Position numbers and translations under genes: made by a program
In this document: piece by piece, positions 47,305-56,775 of the stretch
Layout of the letters: each line of letters opens with the position of its first letter
How positions within the stretch are numbered: the first letter of the stretch is position 1
IMG/VR virus record: IMGVR_UViG_3300007072_000007
Location: 1 to 64,000 of that record
From: a virus
DNA: 64,000 bases
Reading direction: 5' to 3' (one strand)
Notes under the pieces: generated by a model
Seen by the model: only the letters and a program-made list of their open reading frames with translations
What the model was told of the DNA's origin: nothing
The model's database searches: none

Positions 47305-48343
47305 CCGGGCCGCAGCCAAAGACGATATCGACGGCGTGGTGCGCGGTGTCGTGGCCGGTTTGAGGGCGACGAAAATCGGCAAGGAGTCGAGCGTCCAGTT
47401 GTTCGGGGAGGACACCGAAGCCGACGTGCGCGAGTGGATTTCTACGGGGTTTCCGAACATCGACGCGATATTCGGCGGGGGCTGGCCCGTAGGGCGCATC
47501 TCCGAACTGAGCGGTGCGGAAGCCAGCGGTAAGTCCGCGCTGGCCGATTTCAGCATCGTGCAGGTGCAGAAGATGGGCGGCTACGCCGTGGTTCTAGATT
47601 TCGAGAACACGAGGACGAAGGATCGCCTTGTTCAATGTGGGGCCGACCTGAATCGAATCGTGTTCCCCCGTCCGCAGACCGCCGAGCAGGGCTGGGAAAT
47701 CGTCTGGCGTCTGATGGATGAGATTGTTGGTCAGAAGAACAAACCGCCGGTCCTGTTCGTGTGGGACTCCCTGGGCGGTACGGATATCGAGGATGCCGAC
47801 CAGCCCGGCGGGCTGGCCCGCGTCATGTCGAAGCACCTGCGCCGTCTTTATCATCGCGCCCCTTCCGTTCGGGCGCATTTTCTGTTCGTGAATCAGGAGC
47901 GGGACAAGTTCGGCGGTAGGTCGTTCATCAGGGAGACGGATACGCCTGGCGGTCGTGCTCTCAAGTTCGCCTGCACGATACGCGCCCAGTGCCGAGCGTG
48001 GTATCTACCTCGCAAGGGCGTTCCCAAGACGGGTTTGTGTTGCTCGGTCAGGACCATCAAGAACAAGGTGGTCGCACCGAACCAATCGACTCAATGGGTG
48101 CTGGACTTCGCGCACGGTCCGTCTCCTGAGTTGACGGCGTTGCATCACGGTCTCGAAACACGGTGGGTCAAGACCGTTTCCGGCCTCTACACCTGCCCGC
48201 TTCTGGGCAGGGTGAGTCGCGCAGAGTGGGTCGCCCGCCTGCGGGGGGATTCCGACCTTGCGAGGCAGGTTTGGGATGAGTTGCGCCGGCGTTCGGCTGG
48301 TCCCGCAGGCGATGATGACGACGATGACGATGACGAATGTTAG
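47270..48343 (+). CDS. recA: RecA/UvsX-like recombinase
   Basis: ISTG, GGGWPVGRISELSGAEASGKS, VWDS, FVNQ.R, TPGGRALKFA, KNKV. Confidence 0.9.
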   Translation: MERAKAHRRPANRAAAKDDIDGVVRGVVAGLRATKIGKESSVQLFGEDTEADVREWISTGFPNIDAIFGGGWPVGRISELSGAEASGKSALADFSIVQVQKMGGYAVVLDFENTRTKDRLVQCGADLNRIVFPRPQTAEQGWEIVWRLMDEIVGQKNKPPVLFVWDSLGGTDIEDADQPGGLARVMSKHLRRLYHRAPSVRAHFLFVNQERDKFGGRSFIRETDTPGGRALKFACTIRAQCRAWYLPRKGVPKTGLCCSVRTIKNKVVAPNQSTQWVLDFAHGPSPELTALHHGLETRWVKTVSGLYTCPLLGRVSRAEWVARLRGDSDLARQVWDELRRRSAGPAGDDDDDDDDEC

Positions 48344-48373
48344 CGGCATTTACGGACTGCTCGTACTTTTCGC

Positions 48374-48414
48374 TTGACATGCCGTAAATGCTGGGGTATT
48401 ATCGCAGCGTAAAT
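48374..48414 (+). promoter_or_regulatory. Promoter of the parB-like gene overlapped by degenerate palindrome copies
   Basis: TTGACA(48374)-17-TATTAT(48397); ATTATCGCAGCGTAAAT at 48398-48414 and CTTGACATGCCGTAAAT at 48373-48389. Confidence 0.85.
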
Positions 48415-48453
48415 CGAACCCCGACGGGTTCGTAGGTCATTACGAGGTGTTCC

Positions 48454-49527
48454 ATGTCCGAGACGTTTTCACTGGGTAAGCGGAAGAACAACGCCGCGCT
48501 CGCCGTCGTTCCCATCTCGTCCGTCGAGATCAAGGAAGGCTACAACCCCCGCGCCGACCTCGGCGACCTGACCGAACTTTCGGCCAGCATCGCAAAGGAG
48601 GGGATTATCGAACCCCTCATCGTGCGCCCGCAGTCAGGGAAGGGGGCCAAAGAGGGGCACTACTGGATCGTCGCGGGGGAGCGCAGGTACAGGGCGGCGA
48701 AGAAGGCGGGTGTCGAGTCTGTGCCGTGCGTCGTTCGCACTGACCTGTCCGATGACACGGACGCCTTGTGCGTCAGTGTCGCCGAGAACAGCGAGGAGGG
48801 GCGCACGCCGTTGACGGCCATCGAACTCGGTAGGACGTTCGCGCGGCTGGCCAAGACCGGCTTGAGTCCGAACGCCATTGCCGCGCGGACGGCGACCAAT
48901 CATCAGAAGGTCCGCCGCGCCCTGGCCATCGTTACCGCGTCTCAGGAGGTCCAGCAGCGCGTCGCGTCGGGCGACCTGGGCATCATGGCCGCGAGCGAAC
49001 TCGCTACGCTGAAGCCGAAGGAGCAGGCGAAGGTCGTGTCCGCGTTGCCGAGCGGCGCGACGGCTCAGGACGTGAAGCGGGCCGTGCGCGAGGTGCTGGA
49101 TTCGACGCCATCGGCCCGCCGCCCGTCGAAGGCGGGCCGGGCCAAGACCGTCGCCAGCCCGGTATGGCGGGGGGCGCGCGAGAAGCAGCGGCTCATCAAC
49201 GCGCTGTCCTACTCCTTCCTTCACCCGGACCCCGACGAGAACTTCGACACGCTTTCCGGTGCGCTGGGCGTCCTGCTTTGGGAGCGCCAGAACCTCGATA
49301 CGCCTGTTTTCCCGCTCCTGGTTGGGAAGGACGGTCGCGTGATTGCCGACCCGCCCGAAGACGCGACGGCGGCCGAGAAGAAGGTCTATAAGGCGACCTA
49401 CTACCTCGTCGCCAAGTTCGCCGAGGACCATGCGAAGTCGGTCAACGCGGACGCCTCCAAGGACGCGACGGACGATTCCGATGAGGCTCTTTCGGACGAC
49501 GGTGCGGACGAAGGCGCGGACGAGTAG
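48454..49527 (+). CDS. parB: ParB/Spo0J/KorB-family protein
   Basis: NPR, LSASIAKEGIIEPLIVR, IVAGERRYRAAK (box II), AEN..R, central HTH 'LSPNAIAARTATNHQKVRRAL'. Confidence 0.9.
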   Translation: MSETFSLGKRKNNAALAVVPISSVEIKEGYNPRADLGDLTELSASIAKEGIIEPLIVRPQSGKGAKEGHYWIVAGERRYRAAKKAGVESVPCVVRTDLSDDTDALCVSVAENSEEGRTPLTAIELGRTFARLAKTGLSPNAIAARTATNHQKVRRALAIVTASQEVQQRVASGDLGIMAASELATLKPKEQAKVVSALPSGATAQDVKRAVREVLDSTPSARRPSKAGRAKTVASPVWRGAREKQRLINALSYSFLHPDPDENFDTLSGALGVLLWERQNLDTPVFPLLVGKDGRVIADPPEDATAAEKKVYKATYYLVAKFAEDHAKSVNADASKDATDDSDEALSDDGADEGADE

Positions 49528-49537
49528 GCTTCGGTAC

Positions 49538-49567
49538 GGCCCAGACGGGTTCCACGTCTGGGCCTTT
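49538..49567 (+). terminator. Terminator-like hairpin after parB
   Basis: ggcccagacg-7nt-cgtctgggcc followed by ttt. Confidence 0.6.
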
Positions 49568-49581
49568 CCCTTCGGTGTGTT

Positions 49582-50382
49582 ATGGCTGCTATCTGGGTCG
49601 AGGATTGCGCAACGACCATGCGCACTAGGCTGGAGCCGGATTCGGTGGACCTGTTGTTTGCCGACCCCCCGTTCAACCTCGGTCAGGACTACCTTGGGTA
49701 TGACGATAACAGGGAGGACTTTTCGGCGTATCTGGCGGAGCGCATCCGGTTGTGCCCCCGCGTTGTTCGCCCCGGCGGTGCGGTTGTATGGCACGTTCCA
49801 GACCGTTGGGCGGCACTGACCTACACGGTCCTGGCCGAGACGTTGGAGCCGGTCAACTGGATTATTCTGCATCAGGAGTTCGGCCAGTTTTCCGACGGGC
49901 GCTTTATCGTGTCGAAGGTGCATTGCCTGTATTTCGCAAAGCCAGGCGGGAAGCGCACCTTCAACGTGGAGGAGGTATTGGAGCCGTCGGCCCGCCTGCT
50001 CAGCGGCGACAAGCGCGTTTCGGAGAGCCGCTACGGGGGGATGCGGCCTTTTCTCGACGTGTGGTACGGCCCGTATCTCGGACGGGTGCAGGGTAACAGC
50101 GCGGAGCGTTGCAAGGCCCATCCCAACCAACTGCCGGAGATGTATCTGGCTCGCATCGCCCGCGCGCTGTCGAACTCCGGCGACGTGGTGTACGACCCGT
50201 TCGTCGGGAGCGGGACTACGCTGGTGGTCGCCGAGGCGTTGGGTCGGCGCGCCTGCGGGAGCGAGATTTCCCCGGACGCAGCGAAGTCGGCCCGCGAGCG
50301 CGTTCGGCGCGGTCCCGTGCGGAACGTTTCGGGTTCGTTGGTTACTCGTTCGGACGCGTCGGGGCCGGTGAGTGATGAGTAG
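49582..50382 (+). CDS. DNA N6-adenine/N4-cytosine methyltransferase (beta class)
   Basis: DPPF motif precedes DPFVGSGTT. Confidence 0.9.
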   Translation: MAAIWVEDCATTMRTRLEPDSVDLLFADPPFNLGQDYLGYDDNREDFSAYLAERIRLCPRVVRPGGAVVWHVPDRWAALTYTVLAETLEPVNWIILHQEFGQFSDGRFIVSKVHCLYFAKPGGKRTFNVEEVLEPSARLLSGDKRVSESRYGGMRPFLDVWYGPYLGRVQGNSAERCKAHPNQLPEMYLARIARALSNSGDVVYDPFVGSGTTLVVAEALGRRACGSEISPDAAKSARERVRRGPVRNVSGSLVTRSDASGPVSDE

Positions 50383-51451
50383 CGTAACGCTGACTCCAGA
50401 ACAGCAGGTCGCGGCCGACGGAGCCGTTGATTTCCTGATGTCCCGCGCGGCTGGGTTCCGCTCCATCGGAGGTTACGCGGGAACTGGAAAGACTACGGTG
50501 ATTTCCGATGTTTGCCGCAGGACGGGGGAGGCGGGTCTGGCAACCGCTGTCTGTGCCTTCACGGGGAAGGCGGCGAGTGTCTTGAGGAAGAAGGGGGTTT
50601 CGGCCGGAACGATTCATTCGCTCATCTACGTTCCAACGCCCGACCCTCGCGGTCGCGTTTCCTTCGTTTTGAAGGCCGACATCCCCTATGACTGCATCAT
50701 CGTGGATGAGGCGTCGATGGTCAGCGCCCAGTTGTGGTCTGACCTTCTTTCGTTTCGCAAACCGATTCTCCTGGTCGGCGATATCGGCCAGTTGGAGCCG
50801 ATAGGCGACAATCCCAAACTGTTGGCGAAACCGACGTGGCGGCTCGAACAGGTCCACCGGCAGGCGGAGTCCTCTCCCATCATCAGGTTTGCTACGGCGG
50901 CGCGTCGGGGGAGTCGCCTTCCCCGCAGTTGCCCGCCTGAGTTGCTGGTGGGTCGTCGAGGCGATTTCATCGACGCGATGCTGGACGTGGACCAGTGCGT
51001 TTGCGGATACAACGCTACGCGCCACCGATTCAACTCCGCTTTTCGGGACCATTACGGATACCGAAACGTCTTGAACGTCGGGGATAAGGTCATCTGCCTG
51101 CGGAACAACCGGAAACTCGGATTGTTCAACGGAATGATGGGTCGGATTACGGGTGTGGGCGACGTGTATCGTGATATGGTGGTCGCGTCCGTATTGGGGG
51201 ACGATGGCGTAGAGCGGTCGCGGCTGCCGATGGCTCTCTGCGCGTTCGGGGGGGAGGTTCCCGATACCCCGCAGCCTGGGATGACGTATTGGGATTACGG
51301 GTATGTCGTAACGTGCCACAAGGCGCAGGGGTCCGAGTGGGATTCCGTTGCGGTGCTGGAGGAGATTTCCTCAAGTTGGGATGCCCGCAGGTGGGTTTAC
51401 ACCGCCGCTACGCGGGCGTCGGAGCGTCTGGTCTATTGTCATGGAGGATGA
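50375..51451 (+). CDS. RecD/Dda-like SF1 helicase
   Basis: GYAGTGKT, AFTGKAA, VDEASM, GD.GQL, HKAQGSEW, YTAATRA. Confidence 0.9.
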   Translation: MSSVTLTPEQQVAADGAVDFLMSRAAGFRSIGGYAGTGKTTVISDVCRRTGEAGLATAVCAFTGKAASVLRKKGVSAGTIHSLIYVPTPDPRGRVSFVLKADIPYDCIIVDEASMVSAQLWSDLLSFRKPILLVGDIGQLEPIGDNPKLLAKPTWRLEQVHRQAESSPIIRFATAARRGSRLPRSCPPELLVGRRGDFIDAMLDVDQCVCGYNATRHRFNSAFRDHYGYRNVLNVGDKVICLRNNRKLGLFNGMMGRITGVGDVYRDMVVASVLGDDGVERSRLPMALCAFGGEVPDTPQPGMTYWDYGYVVTCHKAQGSEWDSVAVLEEISSSWDARRWVYTAATRASERLVYCHGG

Positions 51452-51454
51452 ACG

Positions 51455-52441
51455 ATGTCGCCGTGTCCGGTGATTGTGGACGCTCCCAGCGTCATCAAGC
51501 GGGCCATATTCGCGTCCGTTATGGACGACTTTCGCGCCGGGATATGGACGGGGGGTATTTACGGGGCTACGGCTATGCTTGCGAGCGTGCTGTCGCATGT
51601 GCCTCCCCCGCGATGCACGGCCGGTCCCGTGGTGGCCATGTTCGACGGGGGTATCCCGCCGCACAGGAAGGCGGCGATACCGGGCTACAAGTCGGGCCGC
51701 GAGGAGCGGCGTCGCTTGCTGACGGAGGACCAGCATGAAAAGGCGATGGCGCAGGTGGGCGAGACCCGAAAGTTCTGGGAGACGCTGGGCGTCCAGTGTG
51801 CCGCCTACGGGGATTACGAGGCCGACGATGCGGTGGCGGCGATGGTCCGGCTTACGGTGTCGATGGGGTGTCGTCCGATTGTGGTCAGCGGGGACCGCGA
51901 CCTGTATCAGACGGTCAATATGGGCGCGTCGATGTGGGACGTGGCCGCGCGCCGGCTGGTGGATGCCGTGTCCTTCAAGTCTTTGGTCGGGGTGCTGCCG
52001 AACCAGTATGTCGTTTACCGTGCCCTCGTGGGCGACTCGTCGGATTCAATCCGGGGGGTTCGCGGTGTAGGCCCCAAGCGGGCCGTCGGTCTGGTCCAGG
52101 AGGCGGCCGGCACACATGGTTTGCCGTCTGTGATGCTTTCCCGCATCGTCAAGCATTTACGCAGCGTAAATCCACGTTTGGAGTGGCAGCAGGCTGTTAT
52201 CGACGACGAGGCGCGGTTGAATAAGGTTATTGTCGGCATCGACCTGTCCGGTTCGTTTTCGGACTACGTTTCACTGCGCCGTCTGGTCCTGTCGTCGTCG
52301 AAGCCAGCCCGAAGCGGGTACGAGTCGGCCTGTCGGAAGTACCGATTCTTTCGTTTTCTGGATGAGGCGTCGGTTTATCTGGAGCCGTTCGTTCGGGCGG
52401 CTACGGTTTCGATTCCGCTGGAGGAGGGTTTGCCATGCTGA
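51455..52441 (+). CDS. 5'-3' exonuclease/flap endonuclease (PolI 5' domain/T4 RNase H-like)
   Basis: YKSGR, EADD, SGDRDL, GDSSDSI.GV.GVGPK. Confidence 0.9.
   Translation: MSPCPVIVDAPSVIKRAIFASVMDDFRAGIWTGGIYGATAMLASVLSHVPPPRCTAGPVVAMFDGGIPPHRKAAIPGYKSGREERRRLLTEDQHEKAMAQVGETRKFWETLGVQCAAYGDYEADDAVAAMVRLTVSMGCRPIVVSGDRDLYQTVNMGASMWDVAARRLVDAVSFKSLVGVLPNQYVVYRALVGDSSDSIRGVRGVGPKRAVGLVQEAAGTHGLPSVMLSRIVKHLRSVNPRLEWQQAVIDDEARLNKVIVGIDLSGSFSDYVSLRRLVLSSSKPARSGYESACRKYRFFRFLDEASVYLEPFVRAATVSIPLEEGLPC
52155..52171. repeat. Perfect palindrome inside the exonuclease gene
   Basis: ATTTACGCAGCGTAAAT, read as HLRSVN. Confidence 0.95.
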
Positions 52442-52659
52442 CGGTGACACGGAACAGCGGGCAGTCGGTGGTGTTGGTGGACTCGCGGACGAACGACCTG
52501 ATTGCGGTCGTCATCGTGTTTCGGGCGAAGGGAAGTAACTGTATCTCCGTGTCGGTCGGCGCGCCGTCGTCCGTGCGCATCTCGCGCGAGGAGTTGTTGT
52601 CGCCGGTGGACGACAAGGGCGTCCTGGAACTCGTGCGCCGCCTGCGAGGAAAGGCTTAG
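52435..52659 (+). CDS. csrA: CsrA/RsmA-like RNA-binding translational regulator
   Basis: MLTVTRNSGQSVVL...VGAPSSVRISREEL; RBS GGAGG. Confidence 0.8.
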   Translation: MLTVTRNSGQSVVLVDSRTNDLIAVVIVFRAKGSNCISVSVGAPSSVRISREELLSPVDDKGVLELVRRLRGKA

Positions 52660-52660
52660 C

Positions 52661-53854
52661 ATGAAGATTGCCATTACAGCGGACCTTCAGATGGACATGC
52701 AGGCGTCTGTAGGGGTGGTTCAGCCGGACGGGTTGACAGACCGGCTGAACCACCGCATCGACTGCCTGCGATGGGTTGCGCAGGAGGCCGTCGAGCGGGG
52801 GTGCCCGTATCTGTTCGTTCTGGGCGATATCTTCGACAACCGTAGTGCCGTGGATGTCGGGGTGCTAGATGCCGTCTGCTCGGCGTTTGCCGGTATCGCG
52901 GGGTCGTTTCGAAGGATTGTGGTCCTTCCTGGGAATCACGACAGTTACCTGCGAAACGCCCGCATTACGTCGCTGCGCGCCCTGGTCGGGACGTGTCAGG
53001 TCGTGACCTCCAGCGTGCGCATGGAACTGGACGGCGTAACCGCCCTGCTGGTTCCGTGGCAGGAGCGGGTCGAGGACTACACGAATGAGATTGGTTCGGC
53101 CGGAATGAAGTCGATGGATTCGGCGGTGCTGATGACGCACGCTCTGCTGGAATCGGCGGTGCCCGGTAAGGGAATCCCTCTGTCGGCGCTGGAACCCCGC
53201 GGGAAGTTTCGGCGCGTGTTCCTCGGCGATGTGCATGAGCCGCAGGATGTAACGGGGGACGGGCGGGTTCAGTATGTCGGCGCGCCCATGCAGTACGACT
53301 ACGGGGACGCGGGAGGCCGCAGGGGGTTTGTCGTTTACGACACGAAGAAGGACAAAGTGGAGTTCGTCTCGAACGTTGTGTCCCCGAAGTTTGCCGTCGT
53401 CAAGGATCGCGGGACGGCGGAGGCGGCGAATCGGTCGATGGCGACCTACGTTCGGGTTTTGGGCGGGGCGGAGTTTGTCGGCAAGCCCGGCGTGGTCGTG
53501 GAGCGCATCGACCCGCCTCCGTCGATGGCTCCGTCGCGTTTGGGGGTGACGGCTGCGTCGTCTCCTCTGGCCGTGATTCGGTCCTACGTCGAGGCTGTGG
53601 CGAACGAAGCGGACAGGGAGAGGCTTGTCGAAGCGGGCGTGGCTTTGTTTGCTCGCGGGAACGGCATGGAGGTTTCGGATGTGGCAGGACAAGGTGAGGA
53701 AACTTCTCAGCACCGCCAAGCGGAAAGTCGAGTTGAGGGCGGAGGCGAAACTGGACGCGCTGTTGCGCCGAACCGTGTACGCCGACGTAGCGAAGCAGGC
53801 GCGCCAGCCCGTCGTGATTCGCAAAGCCCCGATTCCCGGCGACCCGTTCGATAG
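52661..53854 (+). CDS. SbcD/Mre11 (gp47-like) nuclease
   Basis: ADLQ, LGDIFD, GNHD, GDVH; upstream of the SbcC-like gene. Confidence 0.85.
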   Translation: MKIAITADLQMDMQASVGVVQPDGLTDRLNHRIDCLRWVAQEAVERGCPYLFVLGDIFDNRSAVDVGVLDAVCSAFAGIAGSFRRIVVLPGNHDSYLRNARITSLRALVGTCQVVTSSVRMELDGVTALLVPWQERVEDYTNEIGSAGMKSMDSAVLMTHALLESAVPGKGIPLSALEPRGKFRRVFLGDVHEPQDVTGDGRVQYVGAPMQYDYGDAGGRRGFVVYDTKKDKVEFVSNVVSPKFAVVKDRGTAEAANRSMATYVRVLGGAEFVGKPGVVVERIDPPPSMAPSRLGVTAASSPLAVIRSYVEAVANEADRERLVEAGVALFARGNGMEVSDVAGQGEETSQHRQAESRVEGGGETGRAVAPNRVRRRSEAGAPARRDSQSPDSRRPVR

Positions 53855-54080
53855 GCCGCGTCAGGTCGTCATCCTCGGTATCGCCATGCACGACGATTGC
53901 GCGGTTCGGCTGGACCGGAAGGCGGCCGACGTGCTACGCGGTCGTGGCGACAAGGTGTATGAGTTGCGGGTGGTGATGCGGTACGGAGGGGTGCAGGTCG
54001 TCCGTGCGTCCGCGTCGGAACTAGGCGGTATTGTGGACCGTATCGAGCGGTCCAGAAAGGCGGACTATGCGCATAGGTAA
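53679..54080 (+). CDS. Hypothetical protein overlapping the sbcD 3' end
   Basis: GGAGG RBS at 53668; 133 aa. Confidence 0.5.
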   Translation: MWQDKVRKLLSTAKRKVELRAEAKLDALLRRTVYADVAKQARQPVVIRKAPIPGDPFDRPRQVVILGIAMHDDCAVRLDRKAADVLRGRGDKVYELRVVMRYGGVQVVRASASELGGIVDRIERSRKADYAHR

Positions 54081-55920
54081 GGTGGAGTATCGCAACTTCG
54101 GTCCGTTCGAGTCTGCTACGGTCGATTTCGACCGTCCCGGTCTGACCGTCATCGAGGGGGTGATGCGAGGCCGGACCGGCGCATCGTCGAACGGGTCGGG
54201 CAAGTCTTTTCTGCTGGACGGCGTTGCATGGGCCTTGTTCGGTCGGTGTCTGCGCGAGCGGTATGCCGGGGATGACGTAGTGCGTCACGGTGCGGATGGG
54301 GCGAGGGTGGACGTGGTTCTGAAAACTCCGTCCGGTGATGTCGTGGTTTCCAGAACACGGGGGGGCAGGGGCGGCAACACAACGCGGGTTCTGGTGGGCG
54401 GGAAGGACGTGTCCCGCGGGACGGCGGCGGAAACGGATGCGATGCTGGTCCAGAGCGTCGTCGGGATGGATTACATCGGGTTCTGCAATACGACCGCGTT
54501 CGGGGCGCGGGAGGACGTGAGGGGGTTCTTCTCCGCTACGGATTCGCAGCGGAAGGAACTGCTCGATTCGCTGCTGGGGCTGGATGTGTGGGTGCGCGCC
54601 GAGGGTGCGGCTATCGAGGAGCGGAACAAGGTTCGTGAGCGGAAAACGCTGTTGGCGGCGTCGGTTCTCCGCTGTCGAGAGGCCGTCGGGCTGGCGCGGC
54701 AGGCGGTCCAGCAGGCCGAGGAGTCGGTCGAAACGCTACGGGCATCTGGAACCGACCTGCTTGAGGAGACCGCCAGGAAGGCGGAAAAGGCTGTCGCCAG
54801 GGCTACGGCCGATGAAAAGGAAGCGCGCGACGCGATGCAGCGTTGCGTCCAGGATGAGCAGGAGTCTGTGTGCCGTTACGAGGAGGCGGCGAAACGGTTT
54901 CAGCGCGAACAGGCCCGGCTGTCCGAAATCTACGCGCGCTTGCGGGGCGAGAGGGATGTGGCCAGAGCCAACGTCGAGTCGGTGCGGTCCCGCCTGAAGG
55001 CGGCGGAGTCGATGGGGGCGGTGTGCGACAAGTGCGGACAGCCGATTCGCGGGGAGCATCGGGAGTCGTCCGTAGCGGCGTTGCGGCGGGAACTGAAGTT
55101 GGCGACGGAAGCGGAGCATCGGGCGGAGGCTGCGCTGAAGGCGGCGGAGGCGGAACGGGATGCGCTGCGCCCCCCCGCCAGGCCGGTGTCCAACGTTCAG
55201 GCGTATTTACAGCGCGTAAATGCGGCACAGGCTGAGCGGGTGCGTGCCGAGCGGGTTCGCGCCGAGGCGGCCGACGCGCTACGGACGGCTCAGGCTCGTC
55301 TGGATGCTGCGGTCGGGCGTCTCGAAGCGGCGCGTCGTGAGTTGGAGAGCCGTCTGGACATGCTGGGGGAGGCCGAGCGGGACGAGGCCGCCGCTACGAG
55401 TGCCCTCGCAGTCGCGGACTTCTGGGTGGCTGGTTTCGGGGCGAAGGGCGTCAGGAGCCACATCATTGAGTCTGCGATGGCTGGAATAAACGAGGACGCG
55501 ACGCGATATGTTCAGCGTCTTGCGGGGGCGGGAGCCTACGTTCAGTTGCGGCCCACGACCGACCTGAAAACGAGGAGCGGGGCGGCGGAACGCATCAGCG
55601 TTGCCGCCCATATTCCGAACTGCACGGACACCTACTACGGCGCGAGCAAGGGTCAGAAAAAGCGGTTCGACATCGCTCTGTTGCTGGCGTTGCGGGATTA
55701 CGTCGTCCGCAGGACTCCCGCGTGCCTCGATCAGTTGTTTCTGGACGAGGCGTTCGACGGGCTGGACCGCGCCGGTTGCGAAGCCGTGGTTGACCTGCTT
55801 TCCGATATGTCGAAGCAGATTCCCGTTGTGCTGGTCACTCACGACGACGCGCTGCGGAGTGCCGGAGACAGGACGATTCGAGTGATTCACGACGGGACTA
55901 CGGCGAAAGTAGTTGCATGA
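54067..55920 (+). CDS. SbcC/Rad50 (gp46-like) ATPase
   Basis: NGSGKS, coiled coils with CDKC zinc hook, SKGQ signature, LDEAFDGLD. Confidence 0.9.
   Translation: MRIGKVEYRNFGPFESATVDFDRPGLTVIEGVMRGRTGASSNGSGKSFLLDGVAWALFGRCLRERYAGDDVVRHGADGARVDVVLKTPSGDVVVSRTRGGRGGNTTRVLVGGKDVSRGTAAETDAMLVQSVVGMDYIGFCNTTAFGAREDVRGFFSATDSQRKELLDSLLGLDVWVRAEGAAIEERNKVRERKTLLAASVLRCREAVGLARQAVQQAEESVETLRASGTDLLEETARKAEKAVARATADEKEARDAMQRCVQDEQESVCRYEEAAKRFQREQARLSEIYARLRGERDVARANVESVRSRLKAAESMGAVCDKCGQPIRGEHRESSVAALRRELKLATEAEHRAEAALKAAEAERDALRPPARPVSNVQAYLQRVNAAQAERVRAERVRAEAADALRTAQARLDAAVGRLEAARRELESRLDMLGEAERDEAAATSALAVADFWVAGFGAKGVRSHIIESAMAGINEDATRYVQRLAGAGAYVQLRPTTDLKTRSGAAERISVAAHIPNCTDTYYGASKGQKKRFDIALLLALRDYVVRRTPACLDQLFLDEAFDGLDRAGCEAVVDLLSDMSKQIPVVLVTHDDALRSAGDRTIRVIHDGTTAKVVA
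55205..55221. repeat. Variant palindrome ATTTACAGCGCGTAAAT inside sbcC
   Basis: Same variant core as the site at 11625. Confidence 0.8.
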
Positions 55921-56482
55921 TACCGACTTATTGCGTATTATTCGTCGGACCATGAAGGCAGGGAACGGTCGTATCAAGGGCAACGCTGCCGAAAACGAGG
56001 TGTGCCGGTTTTTGTCGTCGTGGGTCTGCGGAACTCCAGCCGGAACGCCCGTCCGGTTGTTGCCGTTTCGACGGAGGTTGACTACGGCGACAATGACCGG
56101 ATGGGACGGAGCCGGAGACGTATGCTGGTCCCCGTCCGTGGAGTTTCCGTTCTGCGTAGAAGTCAAGGCTGTCGAGGGGTGGTCTCTCGACGGGATGTTT
56201 GATCCTGCATGGAGGTTGCTGCGGTGGTGGAGCCAGGCGGAAAGGCAAGCGGACGAGGCGGGTCTGGAGCCGATGCTTTTCGCGCTGCGCAGCCGTCGCG
56301 TTCCGTTGGTCGTCTTATCTGAGGTGTTTTCCCAATGTCTGCTGCAACCACACGCAAGGCTGCTAAGAGCGCAACCGCACACGCTGCTCGTCGTTCCGGT
56401 AGATTCGCTGGCGAAGATTCCGTTCCGTCTGTTTTCGAGAGTGCTGAAATCAAAGGCGTCTCGAAGCGAACCCGCAAGTTGA
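55913..56482 (+). CDS. Holliday junction resolvase-like PD-(D/E)XK nuclease
   Basis: KGNAAENEV, GDV, VEVK. Confidence 0.75.
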   Translation: MHDTDLLRIIRRTMKAGNGRIKGNAAENEVCRFLSSWVCGTPAGTPVRLLPFRRRLTTATMTGWDGAGDVCWSPSVEFPFCVEVKAVEGWSLDGMFDPAWRLLRWWSQAERQADEAGLEPMLFALRSRRVPLVVLSEVFSQCLLQPHARLLRAQPHTLLVVPVDSLAKIPFRLFSRVLKSKASRSEPAS

Positions 56483-56775
56483 CCCCGGCTGGAATCGTCG
56501 AGAACGTTGTCGCGCTCTCCGGTCAGTTTGCGCATCCCATTTCGGAGGATGCCGTGCGGGATGCTTGCACCGCCCTGTTCGCGGTAGTCCGAAACGCGCT
56601 TCTCAGGGGTTACGGAGTCGCCCTTCCCGGTGTGGGGTCCATCGTGGTTTACCGGCGTCCGCCCATACGCAGGCGCGACCTGCACACGGGCGAGGTGTAT
56701 CAGTCCCCCCCGCGATACCGCACCCGGTTTGTCGTGTCGTCCAAACTGAGGACGACCCTGAAGGAGTTGGGATGA
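56335..56775 (+). CDS. HU/IHF-like DNA-binding protein
   Basis: 'VALPGVGSI...RRDLHTGE....P.....F..S..L'. Confidence 0.8.
   Translation: MSAATTRKAAKSATAHAARRSGRFAGEDSVPSVFESAEIKGVSKRTRKLTPAGIVENVVALSGQFAHPISEDAVRDACTALFAVVRNALLRGYGVALPGVGSIVVYRRPPIRRRDLHTGEVYQSPPRYRTRFVVSSKLRTTLKELG

Noticed and set aside
49582-50382. MTase as part of a restriction-modification system targeting the GCWGC core of the palindrome
   Set aside because: There is no adjacent endonuclease, and specificity cannot be inferred from sequence; adjacency to parB alone is insufficient.
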